Shown one piece after another: positions 32,933 to 43,182 of a DNA stretch of 64,000 bases. The stretch is from Bdellovibrionota bacterium. Lineage in GTDB: Bacteria > Bdellovibrionota_C > UBA2361 > CAKMMH01. Every line of letters starts with the position of its first letter. The stretch's first letter is position 1. Below the pieces are notes generated by a model. It had not been told where the DNA came from and searched no databases. It was given only the letters and a program-made list of their open reading frames with translations. The stretch is taken from assembly GCA_050952645.1 (NCBI GenBank), contig JBMNLI010000017.1, forward strand, positions 224,001 to 288,000. Direction: 5' to 3'. Position numbers and translations under genes: made by a program.

Positions 32933-34015
32933 ATGCGTATAAATTTCGATTCTAACTACAACGATATAAAGAAAATTTTAAGGTCTTACGATAACCTAAA
33001 CTCTATCTCTAATAAAAACTCTAATAAAAAAGAACTTTCTCTTAATAATACTCTTAATAACACTTTTGATAACACCTTTAATAATACGCTACAAGATGTT
33101 TTAACTAATGATGAAAATCTAATAAAAACGAGCGCTAATAATATGAAGCAAGATAGCATTCAAAATAATGCTAAAGGTAGTAGCTGTGCAAAAACTAAAT
33201 TAAGCTTTATTGAAAATGATATAAATGAGCAAAATTTATTTACTCTAAATTTAGAAGATTTTGAACTAGAAAAAGCAGATATTTTAAATAGCAAAGTTAA
33301 GTTTAATAATCATTATAACGTACTAGAAAATAGCTTTAGAAATGATATCGATGATTTTGATAGCGATTTTGATAACGATTTCGATAATGAAAATAATGTC
33401 AAAACACCGACCATCGTTTCTGCAAAAAGAATATCATCTGACAATAATTTGTCATTGAATAATAATTTTAAAGCAAACGTAAATAGAATAGATAAAAAAA
33501 TAATATCAAAAATAATAAAAGATGAGGGAAAAAGACAAGGGATAGACCCTGCACTAGCGTTAGCCGTTGCTAAAGTAGAATCATCTATGAACCCTATGGC
33601 TGTAAGCACAGATGGTCATTACAGTAAAGGCTTATTCCAACTTTTAGATAACACTGGAAAAGAACTTATGGCAAACTTTGCCAATTACGAGCACTACTCC
33701 CCTTATGATATAGAACAAAACTCTACTTTAGGTATAAATTACTTAAGAGAACTGCATCAAACTTTCTCTAAAGTAAATACATTAAGCAATAATGCAACGA
33801 CAAATATAGCACTAGATGCCGACTCGCTAGAAAAATTCGCAATAGCGGCCTTTAATGCTGGGCAAGGACGAGTAGCTAGCGCTCAAGAAAAAGCTTTAAG
33901 AGATGGAAAAGACCCAAGAGTGTTTGAAAATGTTTATGAATACCTACCTAACATAACTAAAGATTACGTAAGAAAAGTTTTAGCTACACGTGATGAGTTT
34001 TCAAGAAATATTTAG
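32933..34015 (+). CDS. Lytic transglycosylase (SLT domain) with Asn-rich N-terminus
   Basis: LALAVAKVES, GLFQL, AAFNAG, TKDYVRKV. Confidence 0.9.
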   Translation: MRINFDSNYNDIKKILRSYDNLNSISNKNSNKKELSLNNTLNNTFDNTFNNTLQDVLTNDENLIKTSANNMKQDSIQNNAKGSSCAKTKLSFIENDINEQNLFTLNLEDFELEKADILNSKVKFNNHYNVLENSFRNDIDDFDSDFDNDFDNENNVKTPTIVSAKRISSDNNLSLNNNFKANVNRIDKKIISKIIKDEGKRQGIDPALALAVAKVESSMNPMAVSTDGHYSKGLFQLLDNTGKELMANFANYEHYSPYDIEQNSTLGINYLRELHQTFSKVNTLSNNATTNIALDADSLEKFAIAAFNAGQGRVASAQEKALRDGKDPRVFENVYEYLPNITKDYVRKVLATRDEFSRNI

Positions 34016-34230
34016 AATAGAAATTTAAATAAGAATTTATAGAATAAACATTTTAGTAAAACATTTTAGTAAAATACTTTAATAAAACTTAAATAAAAGT
34101 GCGAAGAACATCTACAAAAAATTATAAATAAAATGTCTACTGTTTACACAACATCAAAAAATATTATAAAATCATAATTCTTTAAAAAAATAAAAAAATG
34201 GAGAGTTTTATTTATAATGGATAAGATATA

Positions 34231-35475
34231 ATGGATAAAAAAAGAGTCGTAATAACTGGCTTAGGTTGCGTGTGTCCGTGTGGGAATAACGTATTAGATA
34301 CTTGGAAAAATATTGTAAATGGAAATTCTGGAATAGATTACATTACTCAATTTTGCACGGATGATTTTCCAATAAAAATAGCAGGAAGCGTTAAAAATTT
34401 TAGAACAGAAGATTACATAGAACCAAAACAAATAAAAAAAACAGACTATTTTACTAGATTTGCTATCGCTGCTAGCAAACAAGCTATGCAGGATGCAAAA
34501 TTAAGTGGAACTTCAACTTATAAGCCTGAAAGGATGGGTTGCATCTTAGGTATAGGAACTAGTGGCATTCGAGTATTAGAAAAATATTGCGATGCTTATA
34601 GAGAGGGTGGCGCAAAAAAAATATCGCCTTTTTTAGTCCCTGCTCTTATAAGCAATTTAGCAGCTGGTAATTTAGCAATAGAACATGGGTTAAAAGGGAT
34701 AAATTACGTTATAACTAGTGCATTTGCTTCATCTGCTCATGCTATTGGGGAGTCTTATAGAATGATTAGAGATGGCAATCACGATGTAATGCTAACTGGC
34801 GGAGCAGAAAGTATCATTACGCCTCTAGCACTCGGTAGCTTTGCAGCTATGAAAGCACTTGCAACGAAAAGCGATGACCCCAAGCGCGTCTCTAGACCTT
34901 TCGATGCTAAAAGAGATGGCTTTGTAATGAGCGAGGGCGGAATAATTTTAGTTTTAGAAGAGTATGAAAAAGCTAAACGTAGAGGTGCTAACATTTACGC
35001 CGAGATAATTGGTTATGGTTTTTCTTGTGATGCTTACCATATAACGGCATTACCTAAAAATGCAACGGGGGCTATCGCTTGCATGAATATGGCATTAAAA
35101 AATGCTGACATAAAAAAAGAAGATATCGACTATATAAATGCTCACGGCACTTCTACACCTATGAATGATAAGACTGAAACTCTTGCTATAAAAAAAGTTT
35201 TTGGAGAACACGCCTACAAATTAAGCGTTAGCTCTACAAAGTCTACTACGGGACATTTGTTAGGAGCTGCTGGTGCTATCGAGGCTTTAGTTTGTGCATT
35301 AGTTATAAAAAATAATATTATTCCACCTACTATAAATTTAGAAAATAAAGATCCACTTTGCGATTTAGATTATACGCCGAATATATATAAAGAAAAAAAC
35401 GTAAGATACGCCCTTTCTAATTCATTTGGTTTCGGAGGAACTAACGCAAGCATTATTTTCAAAAAGTGTAGTTGA
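34231..35475 (+). CDS. fabF: Beta-ketoacyl-ACP synthase II homologue with Phe at the catalytic Cys position
   Basis: RVVITGLG, SRPFD, NAHGTST, GHLLGAAG, SNSFGFGG; ITSAFASS in place of the usual xACAS. Confidence 0.93.
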   Translation: MDKKRVVITGLGCVCPCGNNVLDTWKNIVNGNSGIDYITQFCTDDFPIKIAGSVKNFRTEDYIEPKQIKKTDYFTRFAIAASKQAMQDAKLSGTSTYKPERMGCILGIGTSGIRVLEKYCDAYREGGAKKISPFLVPALISNLAAGNLAIEHGLKGINYVITSAFASSAHAIGESYRMIRDGNHDVMLTGGAESIITPLALGSFAAMKALATKSDDPKRVSRPFDAKRDGFVMSEGGIILVLEEYEKAKRRGANIYAEIIGYGFSCDAYHITALPKNATGAIACMNMALKNADIKKEDIDYINAHGTSTPMNDKTETLAIKKVFGEHAYKLSVSSTKSTTGHLLGAAGAIEALVCALVIKNNIIPPTINLENKDPLCDLDYTPNIYKEKNVRYALSNSFGFGGTNASIIFKKCS

Positions 35476-35544
35476 TAAAAAACAATTTAAAATTTCTAAT
35501 TAACTAAAGGTCTCTAATGCAACGTGAGGCTCTATAAATTTTTA

Positions 35545-35785
35545 GCTCTTCACATTTTGAGTGGGTTAGAGTCTATCTTCTAATGTAAATTGACAAAATA
35601 ATAGTTAATTTTATTGGCAAAAATAAACATTAGAGTTATTAGGAAAAGTTATCCATAACTGATAGCCTGGCCTAGCAATTAAAAGCTAAAGGTCAAGCTG
35701 TCAGGCTGTGGATAACTTTCACAAAGACCCCATTAAACAAAATTGCGTTTTGGTTCTCTCGGCCCCACCTAAAACGTGAAGAACC
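35545..35785 (+). mobile_element. MITE-like repeat, subtype B
   Basis: Ends gctcttcacattttgagtgggtt / cccacctaaaacgtgaagaacc; interior closely matches 15085-15350. Confidence 0.85.
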
Positions 35786-35947
35786 ATTTTTTTAAAATGG
35801 CATAATTTTCTCTATCGCTTTAAAAAAATTTTTATTTTTTTATATCTTTTTATATCTTTTAAAATCTTACTATTTATACCTTTTTACAGCTTTAAAAACG
35901 CTTCCTTTAAAAAAAATCTTTAAAAACTTTTTCGCTTTTTAAAAACT

Positions 35948-35963
35948 TGGCAAAGCTTTTGCA
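35948..35963 (+). promoter_or_regulatory. Sigma54 promoter for the flagellin pair
   Basis: TGGCAAAGCTTTTGCA, canonical GG-N10-GC with TTGC. Confidence 0.75.
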
Positions 35964-36103
35964 AGATTGCTTTATAAATACGGTTCGCTAGGAAATAAAT
36001 TCCTAAAAAAGAAAAAAGGATTTTGAAATACTTTTTTATTTAGTTATTTATTTAGTTATTTATTTAATTACATAATTTATTTAAGCCAAGGAGAGCAAGC
36101 AAA

Positions 36104-36967
36104 ATGACTATAAATATTAGAACGAATGTCGCATCATTAGTATCGCAAAGAAACTTAGATAGTAGCACAGCGAGTATAAACTCTGCTTATGAAAGATTAT
36201 CATCGGGTCTTAGAATTAACCATGCTAGAGACGATGCTGCAGGTCTTGCAATTGCAGAGAGTTTAAAAGCTGATGCAAAAGTTGCATCCGTTGGTATTAG
36301 AAATGCAAACGATGGCATCTCTATTATTTCTATTGCCGACCAGGCGATAGGACAAATCGGAAATGTGCTTAGTAGATTAGCAGAGCTTGCTCAACAATCT
36401 GCAAATGGTGTGTATAGCAATACTCAACGTTCAGCACTAGCAAACGAGTTTGTAGCATTAACATCGGAAATTGAAAGAATTGCCGTAACGACATCATTTA
36501 ACAAATTACAATTATTAAGCGGTGGTGGTGAGGTTGTATTCCAAGTAGGTTTCGATGGAAGTTCAACTTCGCAAGTAAGTTATAAGGGAGTAGCAGCTAC
36601 TCTCGAGGCTCTAGGGCTTGCAGATGAGGGGACATCAAATGTAAATGTTTCCATTATTGCAGATACCGATTTAGCTTCTCAATCTGCTGCGCGTATCGCT
36701 CTAGATGCGATAAATAATGCTATTGCATCTTGTTCGAGAAATAGAGGAACTCTTGGTGCTGCTGAGGCAAGACTAGAGGTTACTATCAGCAACTTACAAG
36801 TTGCGAGAGAAAACTTTAGAGCTGCAGAAAGCCGTATCCGTGATGTTGACGTTGCTTCTGAAGCAGCTGAGCTGACAAGATTAAATATCTTACAACAAGC
36901 AGGTTCAGCAGTGCTTGCACAAGCTAACTCTCAACCTCAATTAGCATTACAATTATTACGTTCATAA
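36104..36967 (+). CDS. fliC: Flagellin, short type
   Basis: RLSSGLRIN.A.DDAAGLAI; AESRIRDVDVASE; LAQAN. Confidence 0.97.
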   Translation: MTINIRTNVASLVSQRNLDSSTASINSAYERLSSGLRINHARDDAAGLAIAESLKADAKVASVGIRNANDGISIISIADQAIGQIGNVLSRLAELAQQSANGVYSNTQRSALANEFVALTSEIERIAVTTSFNKLQLLSGGGEVVFQVGFDGSSTSQVSYKGVAATLEALGLADEGTSNVNVSIIADTDLASQSAARIALDAINNAIASCSRNRGTLGAAEARLEVTISNLQVARENFRAAESRIRDVDVASEAAELTRLNILQQAGSAVLAQANSQPQLALQLLRS

Positions 36968-37031
36968 TGTAAGTTTAATAAAAAATATTTTTATAGGGTT
37001 GTTTATTTTAGGTTTTAAAAGGATTTAGAAA

Positions 37032-37892
37032 ATGACACTTAATATTAGAACAAATATGCCGTCGGTTACTGCTCAAAAGAATTTAAATGCTACGGGTGGT
37101 AGACTTCAAACTGCTTATGAAAGACTTTCATCTGGATTAAGAATTAACCATGCTCGTGATGATGCTGCTGGTCTTGCTATTGCAGAAAGCTTAAAAGCCG
37201 ATTCAAAAGTTGCTTCAGTTGGTATAAGAAACGCAAACGACGCAATATCAATTATCAACATTACAGATGGAGCGGTAGGACAAATAACGAATGTTCTAAG
37301 TAGACTTAGTGAGCTAGCACAGCAATCTGCTAACGGCGTGTATAGCAATTCACAACGTTCTGCATTACAACTTGAGTTTACGGCATTATTAAGTGAAGTG
37401 GAGCGTATCGCTTATACTACCGAGTTTAACGGACTTAATCTTTTAAGCAACGGCGCTACGGTAACGTTCCAAGTTGGCTTTGATGGTTCTTCTTTATCGC
37501 AAATTAAATATGATGGAGTAGGAGCAACATTACAACACTTAGGACTAGCTCCCGAGGGGACTTCTGTTCATAAGTTCTCTATAACTGGTGATACCCCAGA
37601 GGCTTCTCAGTCTGCCGCAAGAAACGCACTCGATGCGATACAAACTGCTATAGACTCGGTAACTAGAGGAAGAGGTATTTTAGGTTCTGCGGAGTCTAGA
37701 CTAGAAACTACTATTCAAAATCTACAAGTAGCTAGAGAAAACTTTATCGCAGCTGAAAGTAGGATTCGTGATGTCGATGTAGCAGAAGAGGCTGCTAACC
37801 TTGCATCTGCAAATATATTACAACAAGCAGGAACTGCAATTTTAGCTCAAGCTAATTTACAACCACAATTAGCACTTCAATTGCTTCAATAG
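37032..37892 (+). CDS. fliC: Flagellin, short type
   Basis: Same conserved N- and C-terminal flagellin motifs. Confidence 0.97.
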   Translation: MTLNIRTNMPSVTAQKNLNATGGRLQTAYERLSSGLRINHARDDAAGLAIAESLKADSKVASVGIRNANDAISIINITDGAVGQITNVLSRLSELAQQSANGVYSNSQRSALQLEFTALLSEVERIAYTTEFNGLNLLSNGATVTFQVGFDGSSLSQIKYDGVGATLQHLGLAPEGTSVHKFSITGDTPEASQSAARNALDAIQTAIDSVTRGRGILGSAESRLETTIQNLQVARENFIAAESRIRDVDVAEEAANLASANILQQAGTAILAQANLQPQLALQLLQ

Positions 37893-38068
37893 GAGATAAG
37901 CTAAATAGTAAATCTAAATAATAAAAGTTCTCTTTTTTAGATACATGATTTAGATATACGATTTAAAAATATATCTTACAAAGAGAACTTCTATATTTAA
38001 CTCTTCAATTAACTTAAGAAAAATAACTAAAAAAATAACTAAAATAATCAAGTAAAAAAATTTAAATT

Positions 38069-38401
38069 CTATCTTAAGAATGCTAATCTTTCTTGTATAT
38101 TTTCATCTTCTGATGATTCTTCATACAGACGTAAATTATTTTGCAAGAACGCAGGATCTAAATCTAATTGAAGTGCAATCCATGCGAAACTAAATGGAAC
38201 CTTTGGGGTAAGCTCGCTAAAGATCCATTGTCTTGCACTTCTTATAACGTGGCGCTCACAACGAGCAGAACCGAAAGCATCACAAATTGCTCTTGATAAA
38301 ACTGCTGCTAATAAATTTCTTTCGGGTTTAATTGAGGAGTGATTATCTTGTGAATCTTGATATTCTGAATCAAAATAATTCGTATATGATAAATTACTCA
38401 T
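38069..38401 (-). CDS. Hypothetical protein
   Basis: AAGGAG RBS; PERNLLAAVLSRAICD...ARQW...PFSFAWI...LDLDP; no function recognised. Confidence 0.75.
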   Translation of the reverse strand: MSNLSYTNYFDSEYQDSQDNHSSIKPERNLLAAVLSRAICDAFGSARCERHVIRSARQWIFSELTPKVPFSFAWIALQLDLDPAFLQNNLRLYEESSEDENIQERLAFLR

Positions 38402-39344
38402 ATTTAATAATCTCCTTATAACTTGAGGTTAATAAGCTATTTATAGCTCTTATGTGTTTTAACTTTTCTTTATCTTTCTTTATATTTCTTTATCAACTTT
38501 TTCGTATTAAATAAAACTCGATATTAAATAAAACAAATTAAATAAAACAAATTAAGTAAAACTTATAAGAAGCTAATTTAATTTTAAAGCAATTTTTTAT
38601 TTATGTTTTTTAAATATATTATTAAAAATATAATGCTTAAAAAACACACTATTCAAAATGTATCGCTTAAAGTTATATTCCTAGACTTAAAATAACCTTA
38701 ACCTATAAAATTCTAAATTTAAATTTTCAAAAATTTAAAATATTTTAAAATTAAAATTAAAAAATGATAAAATTAACTAAATTATTAACTTATAACCTCA
38801 ACTTACAATATACAATTACAGTAAACCAATTCTTAACAAAAATTCGTAATAAATAATTAAAATCTTATAAAAAACAAATAATAACAAATAATTAGGTGGT
38901 GTTACTTTAAGTCAACTAAACTAACACAACCCTATTTTTATAATTTTATTTTAAAATAGTCAAGAAAAATCGGGGAATATTTTAAAAAAACGAAAAACTT
39001 AACTTTTCTATTAAAATTTTCAAAGCAAATTACCTACAATTTAAAGCATAACGCATTGAATTTATTGCAGATTTTCTCTGAAAAGAAAAAACCTTGCAAG
39101 CTTTGCATATAAAACGCTGTTTTATTAGCACATGTAATTATACTTTAATTTTTATAATAATTTTTAAAACAATCTTTTAAATAGTTTTTTAAAAATATAT
39201 TATTGAAAACGTTTTACTTTTTAGATAATTTTGTATATACTTACGCTCGTATTTTAAGTTTATAATTTATATTTTATCACAATCGTTTTAAATTTAATTA
39301 ATTTTTGATTTTAATTTTGATTTTAAATAGAAAGGAATTTTTGA

Positions 39345-39878
39345 ATGAAAAATAAGCTGTTTATTAGCAATTTAGACTTTAGCATAACGCAAGATCAGCT
39401 AGAAGATATTTTTAGTGAAATAGGAAGCTATGTAAGCATCGTTATCGCAACGGATAAAGATGCACGCTCGAGAGGTTTTGCTTTTATAGAAATGAAAGAT
39501 GAAGAAACTGCTCAAAAAGCTATCGATGCTTTAAATAATAAAGAAATAAATGGTCGCCCTATGAAGGTAAATTTTGACCGTGGCAAAAACCAAGACAATA
39601 TAAAAGCAAATGAGAGACAGCGAGGGCAACGCCAAGAGCAATTGCCACCTATTCAAAGAATGCAATTGTTTAAAAAGAAGAAAAAATTAGATCCGTTTAT
39701 AGAGGATCCAAATCTTAAGATTGATTATAGAGATGCTCCTTTGCTTTCCAAGTTCGTTAGTGAGAAAGGAAAAATTCTTTCTAGAAAACTAACTGGCTTA
39801 ACTGCACATAATCAAAGAAAAGTTTCAAAAGCTATAAAGCGTTCTCAAAGTTTAGGACTTATGCCTTATAGCAGTTAG
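39345..39878 (+). CDS. rpsR: RRM RNA-binding domain fused to ribosomal protein S18
   Basis: RNP2 KLFISNL and RNP1 RGFAFIEM, then IDYRD..LL.KFVSEKGKILSRKLTG....QRKVSKAIKRS..LGLMPY. Confidence 0.92.
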   Translation: MKNKLFISNLDFSITQDQLEDIFSEIGSYVSIVIATDKDARSRGFAFIEMKDEETAQKAIDALNNKEINGRPMKVNFDRGKNQDNIKANERQRGQRQEQLPPIQRMQLFKKKKKLDPFIEDPNLKIDYRDAPLLSKFVSEKGKILSRKLTGLTAHNQRKVSKAIKRSQSLGLMPYSS

Positions 39879-39925
39879 TATTTTTTCCTCCTTTAAAAAA
39901 AATACAATCTACCCTTATTTAATTT

Positions 39926-39970
39926 CAAAAAGGGGAACGTAGTTAAAAAAATTATGTTCCCCTTTTTTTT
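39926..39970 (+). terminator. Intrinsic terminator
   Basis: aaaaaggggaac...gttccccttttttt. Confidence 0.8.
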
Positions 39971-40008
39971 ATTCTTTTATCCTTTTATTCTTTAATGTGA
40001 TTTAAATT

Positions 40009-40232
40009 GGTTCTTCACGTTTTAGGTGGGTTAGGAAAATTGTTTTTGGGGGTTAGCTTAAAAGAAAATTGGCTTTTATAGAAAACTATCTATAGTTTAA
40101 AGAAAAATTACAACTATACTTAAAGTATTTTATATTTAGCAAAATTTTTTTAAAGACAATTTTCTTTTTGAGTTCCGTGAGATGAATGATGATAATTTTA
40201 AGAACTTAAAATCTTCTAAAAATATGAAAAAC
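40009..40232 (+). mobile_element. MITE-like repeat, subtype A, right end degenerate
   Basis: Starts ggttcttcacgttttaggtgggtta; first ~120 bp are nearly the reverse complement of the right part of the 21047-21271 copy. Confidence 0.82.
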
Positions 40233-40276
40233 TAAAATATCATAACGAGTATAGAAATTATAGCCTTAAAACTTTA

Positions 40277-41575
40277 CTACTGCCCCGTAACTGCAATAAC
40301 AGACTTCCAAAGATCGCCATCTGCTTTTACTTGTTTCTTTTTACCTACCATCATTTTAAAAGGTATGTTCACAAAATGCTCATTTATAATTCCTACCGCC
40401 ATATTAGTTTTCCCAGTCATAGCAGCATGAACCGCATTTTGCCCGAGTACTAAACAGAATTCCGAATCGGCAGAATTTGCAAGTTGGTTTCTTATAATAT
40501 AGCTAGGGTCGATATATTTTACGGTATGTTCAATATTTTCTTTCGTTAGATACTCTTTAATTTTTTCTTTTAAAAATAACCCAATATCTCCCATCTTTTG
40601 ATTGCCCGATAAATCCTTACCTATCTTCTCTTTATCAAAAAATTTTTGCCCAGCGCCTTCCGCTACAACGATAACGGCGTGTTGCTTATTTAAGAGCCGT
40701 TTTTTTAATTGCTCTAAAAGCCCATTTTTGCCGTCTATATCGAAATCTACCTCAGGAATTAAGCAAAAGTTTACACAACCCGAAGCAAGCGTTACGTGCG
40801 TTGCGATAAATCCAGACTCACGCCCCATAATCTTAACTATGCCAATTCCATTATAAGCAGCTCTCGCTTCAGTGTGAGCCGAATAGACGGCCGTTCTAGC
40901 ATCTCCAACGGCAGTTAAAAATCCAAAACTCCTACTAGTCCAGCATATATCGTTATCGATAGTTTTAGGAACACCAACTATTGAAATTTTTAGTTTTCTT
41001 TCTCTTATTCTTTTTGAAAGAGCCATGCCACCTTTTAAAGTTCCATCTCCTCCGATAACAAATAGTATATTAACCTCATATTTTAATAGAGTATCTATCA
41101 TATCATCTTCATCTTGAGGCCCTCGAGAGGTTCCTAAAATCGTTCCACTTGCATTTGAAATATCTTTTACAGACTCTTCAGTAAGCTCTACTGGCTCATA
41201 CTTAGACGATGAACTTAAGCCCTTAAATCCATACATAAAACCTAAAACTTTTTTTACTTTATAATGTTTTAAAGCCGTTATGCTTACCGCCTGAATAACA
41301 TCGTTAAGCCCAGGGCAAAGCCCCCCACAAGTTACTATCCCACATATAGTATTTTTAGGATCGAAATATATTTTTTTTTGCGACCCCGCTTTTTCAAACA
41401 TAGGAATCGCATTTAAAGTTTTTAAGTGGTAATCGAACTCTTCTTTCCTACCATAAATTATTACTCTCTCGCTAGGTGATATAAAATTAGCCTTTTTAGG
41501 ATCTAAAGGCGATTTTATCTTACATTCTCCTAAAACTTCTATTTCTGTATCTTTAATGTTTTTAATTTTTTCCAT
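40277..41575 (-). CDS. pfkA: ATP-dependent 6-phosphofructokinase, long form
   Basis: TCGGLCPGLN, GTILGTSRG, GGDGT, PKTIDND, MGRESG, KYIDPSY. Confidence 0.93.
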   Translation of the reverse strand: MEKIKNIKDTEIEVLGECKIKSPLDPKKANFISPSERVIIYGRKEEFDYHLKTLNAIPMFEKAGSQKKIYFDPKNTICGIVTCGGLCPGLNDVIQAVSITALKHYKVKKVLGFMYGFKGLSSSSKYEPVELTEESVKDISNASGTILGTSRGPQDEDDMIDTLLKYEVNILFVIGGDGTLKGGMALSKRIRERKLKISIVGVPKTIDNDICWTSRSFGFLTAVGDARTAVYSAHTEARAAYNGIGIVKIMGRESGFIATHVTLASGCVNFCLIPEVDFDIDGKNGLLEQLKKRLLNKQHAVIVVAEGAGQKFFDKEKIGKDLSGNQKMGDIGLFLKEKIKEYLTKENIEHTVKYIDPSYIIRNQLANSADSEFCLVLGQNAVHAAMTGKTNMAVGIINEHFVNIPFKMMVGKKKQVKADGDLWKSVIAVTGQ

Positions 41576-41739
41576 ATAATACGTATTATCGGTTTAATTA
41601 AAAAAGATGTTAAGGCAAATTTTTATTTCACACAACTAAACGTTTTTATTACACATTTAATAAGTTTATTTTACTTACTTTAAACGTTTTTTTGAATATA
41701 TTTTTTTATATATTTTTTATATATTTTTAAGGCGAAAAA

Positions 41740-43182
41740 ATGATATTTAAAAAAAGAAATTTTTTACTACTGTTTTTAATTTTATGCGTATCTTGCGTAA
41801 ATCACGACCTACAAAGCGCACTCGATGCAGACAAGAAAGGAGACACTACTACTGCCCTTAAGCATTTCAATAAATACTTAAACTCAAAATCGAATAAAGA
41901 AACCATCGATACTGCAAACGTTAGAGTTAACACTTTGCAAGCAAAAAAATTAGTTAAAAAAATTGAAACTACACTAGAAGCCCAAGAAGACACGCTTACC
42001 GCTGATGATTACAGAAAAATGTTAAAAGAAATAAGATCCCACAAAAACTGGGATCCTGATGATATAATTTTTAGCTTAACTAAATCGAGAATTAAAGACC
42101 GCTTAGCTATAATTCAAGATGAGTGCAAAAGCCTTGAAACCGTTTTAAATGTATTCTTAAAAAACAAGGAAGAGATAAAAGCTTATAAAACTTTTAATTT
42201 TATAAAAGAAAAAGATAGGAATTATAAGGTAGCTCCATTAACTGAAATAAAAATAGTAGATATTTTTACTAAACATAATGAGAAGAATTTTTATAAAAAT
42301 GTAAAGAACAATAATTTTAAAGATGCCGCGCTTTTCTTGCAAGTTTTAGATGCCGAGCTTTTTAGCGAAATATATAAAGAAGAGTTAAGAAAAAAATACT
42401 CTAATGTTTTAAGCCAAATTGCAACTCCTAAGATTGCAAAACTTATAGAAGAAAAAAAATTTTTAAATGCTTACGATATAAATAATACGACTATTAAAAA
42501 TGAAGCAATTAAAGAAAAAATAAAAGAAGAACTTAAAGAAAATTTAATCAATCAAGATGGCACGGTAAGCGTAAAAGATTTTATAACCCTTGAGGGGTAT
42601 TTAATTATATCGCCTGAATTAAAGCCGCTAGTAGAAAAAAGCTATTATGAATATATAGATAAAATTTCTTTGCCTATTACAAATATATCTTTCGTTTTAA
42701 AAAATTATGGTCTTAGAAAAGATATATATAATGATTTAAAGTTTTCTATAAAATCTAAAATATCTGAAATGACGATTCCAATAAAATTAAAAAATAGTAA
42801 AAGCAAAGACTTAGATTATTCCATAGAACTTGAAACTTACAAAATAGAAAATGATAAGATAAAAACAAAAATCAATATTTCTAAAATAAAACCTAAGCAT
42901 GAAAATATAGTTATACAAAAAATATCTTCAATATATAATGAGAACTTAAAAGTAGTAAGCACTAGTAGGTTAACTAATAAGATTATGAAAGTAATAAGAC
43001 AAAATGTAAAAATCGATGTGCTTACGATGCTGAAATCTGCAAGGTATTATTTAGCTAGAAAAGATTTAAAAAATTTTAAAGATATAACAAGCAAACTAAT
43101 CTTACTAAACCAAATAGAGCCTTTTGATGATGATACGGAAAATAAGTTAATAAATCTTTTATCGGAATACGAAGCGTTATGA
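41740..43182 (+). CDS. Hypothetical lipoprotein
   Basis: Basic N-terminus, hydrophobic core and CVSC lipobox-like motif; ATGA overlap with fmt. Confidence 0.7.
   Translation: MIFKKRNFLLLFLILCVSCVNHDLQSALDADKKGDTTTALKHFNKYLNSKSNKETIDTANVRVNTLQAKKLVKKIETTLEAQEDTLTADDYRKMLKEIRSHKNWDPDDIIFSLTKSRIKDRLAIIQDECKSLETVLNVFLKNKEEIKAYKTFNFIKEKDRNYKVAPLTEIKIVDIFTKHNEKNFYKNVKNNNFKDAALFLQVLDAELFSEIYKEELRKKYSNVLSQIATPKIAKLIEEKKFLNAYDINNTTIKNEAIKEKIKEELKENLINQDGTVSVKDFITLEGYLIISPELKPLVEKSYYEYIDKISLPITNISFVLKNYGLRKDIYNDLKFSIKSKISEMTIPIKLKNSKSKDLDYSIELETYKIENDKIKTKINISKIKPKHENIVIQKISSIYNENLKVVSTSRLTNKIMKVIRQNVKIDVLTMLKSARYYLARKDLKNFKDITSKLILLNQIEPFDDDTENKLINLLSEYEAL

Noticed and set aside
38402..39344. Long AT-rich intergenic region as an ncRNA, riboswitch or origin (imperfect inverted match between ~38424 and ~38790)
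   Set aside because: No recognisable RNA family or DnaA-box cluster; the short match could be chance at this base composition.
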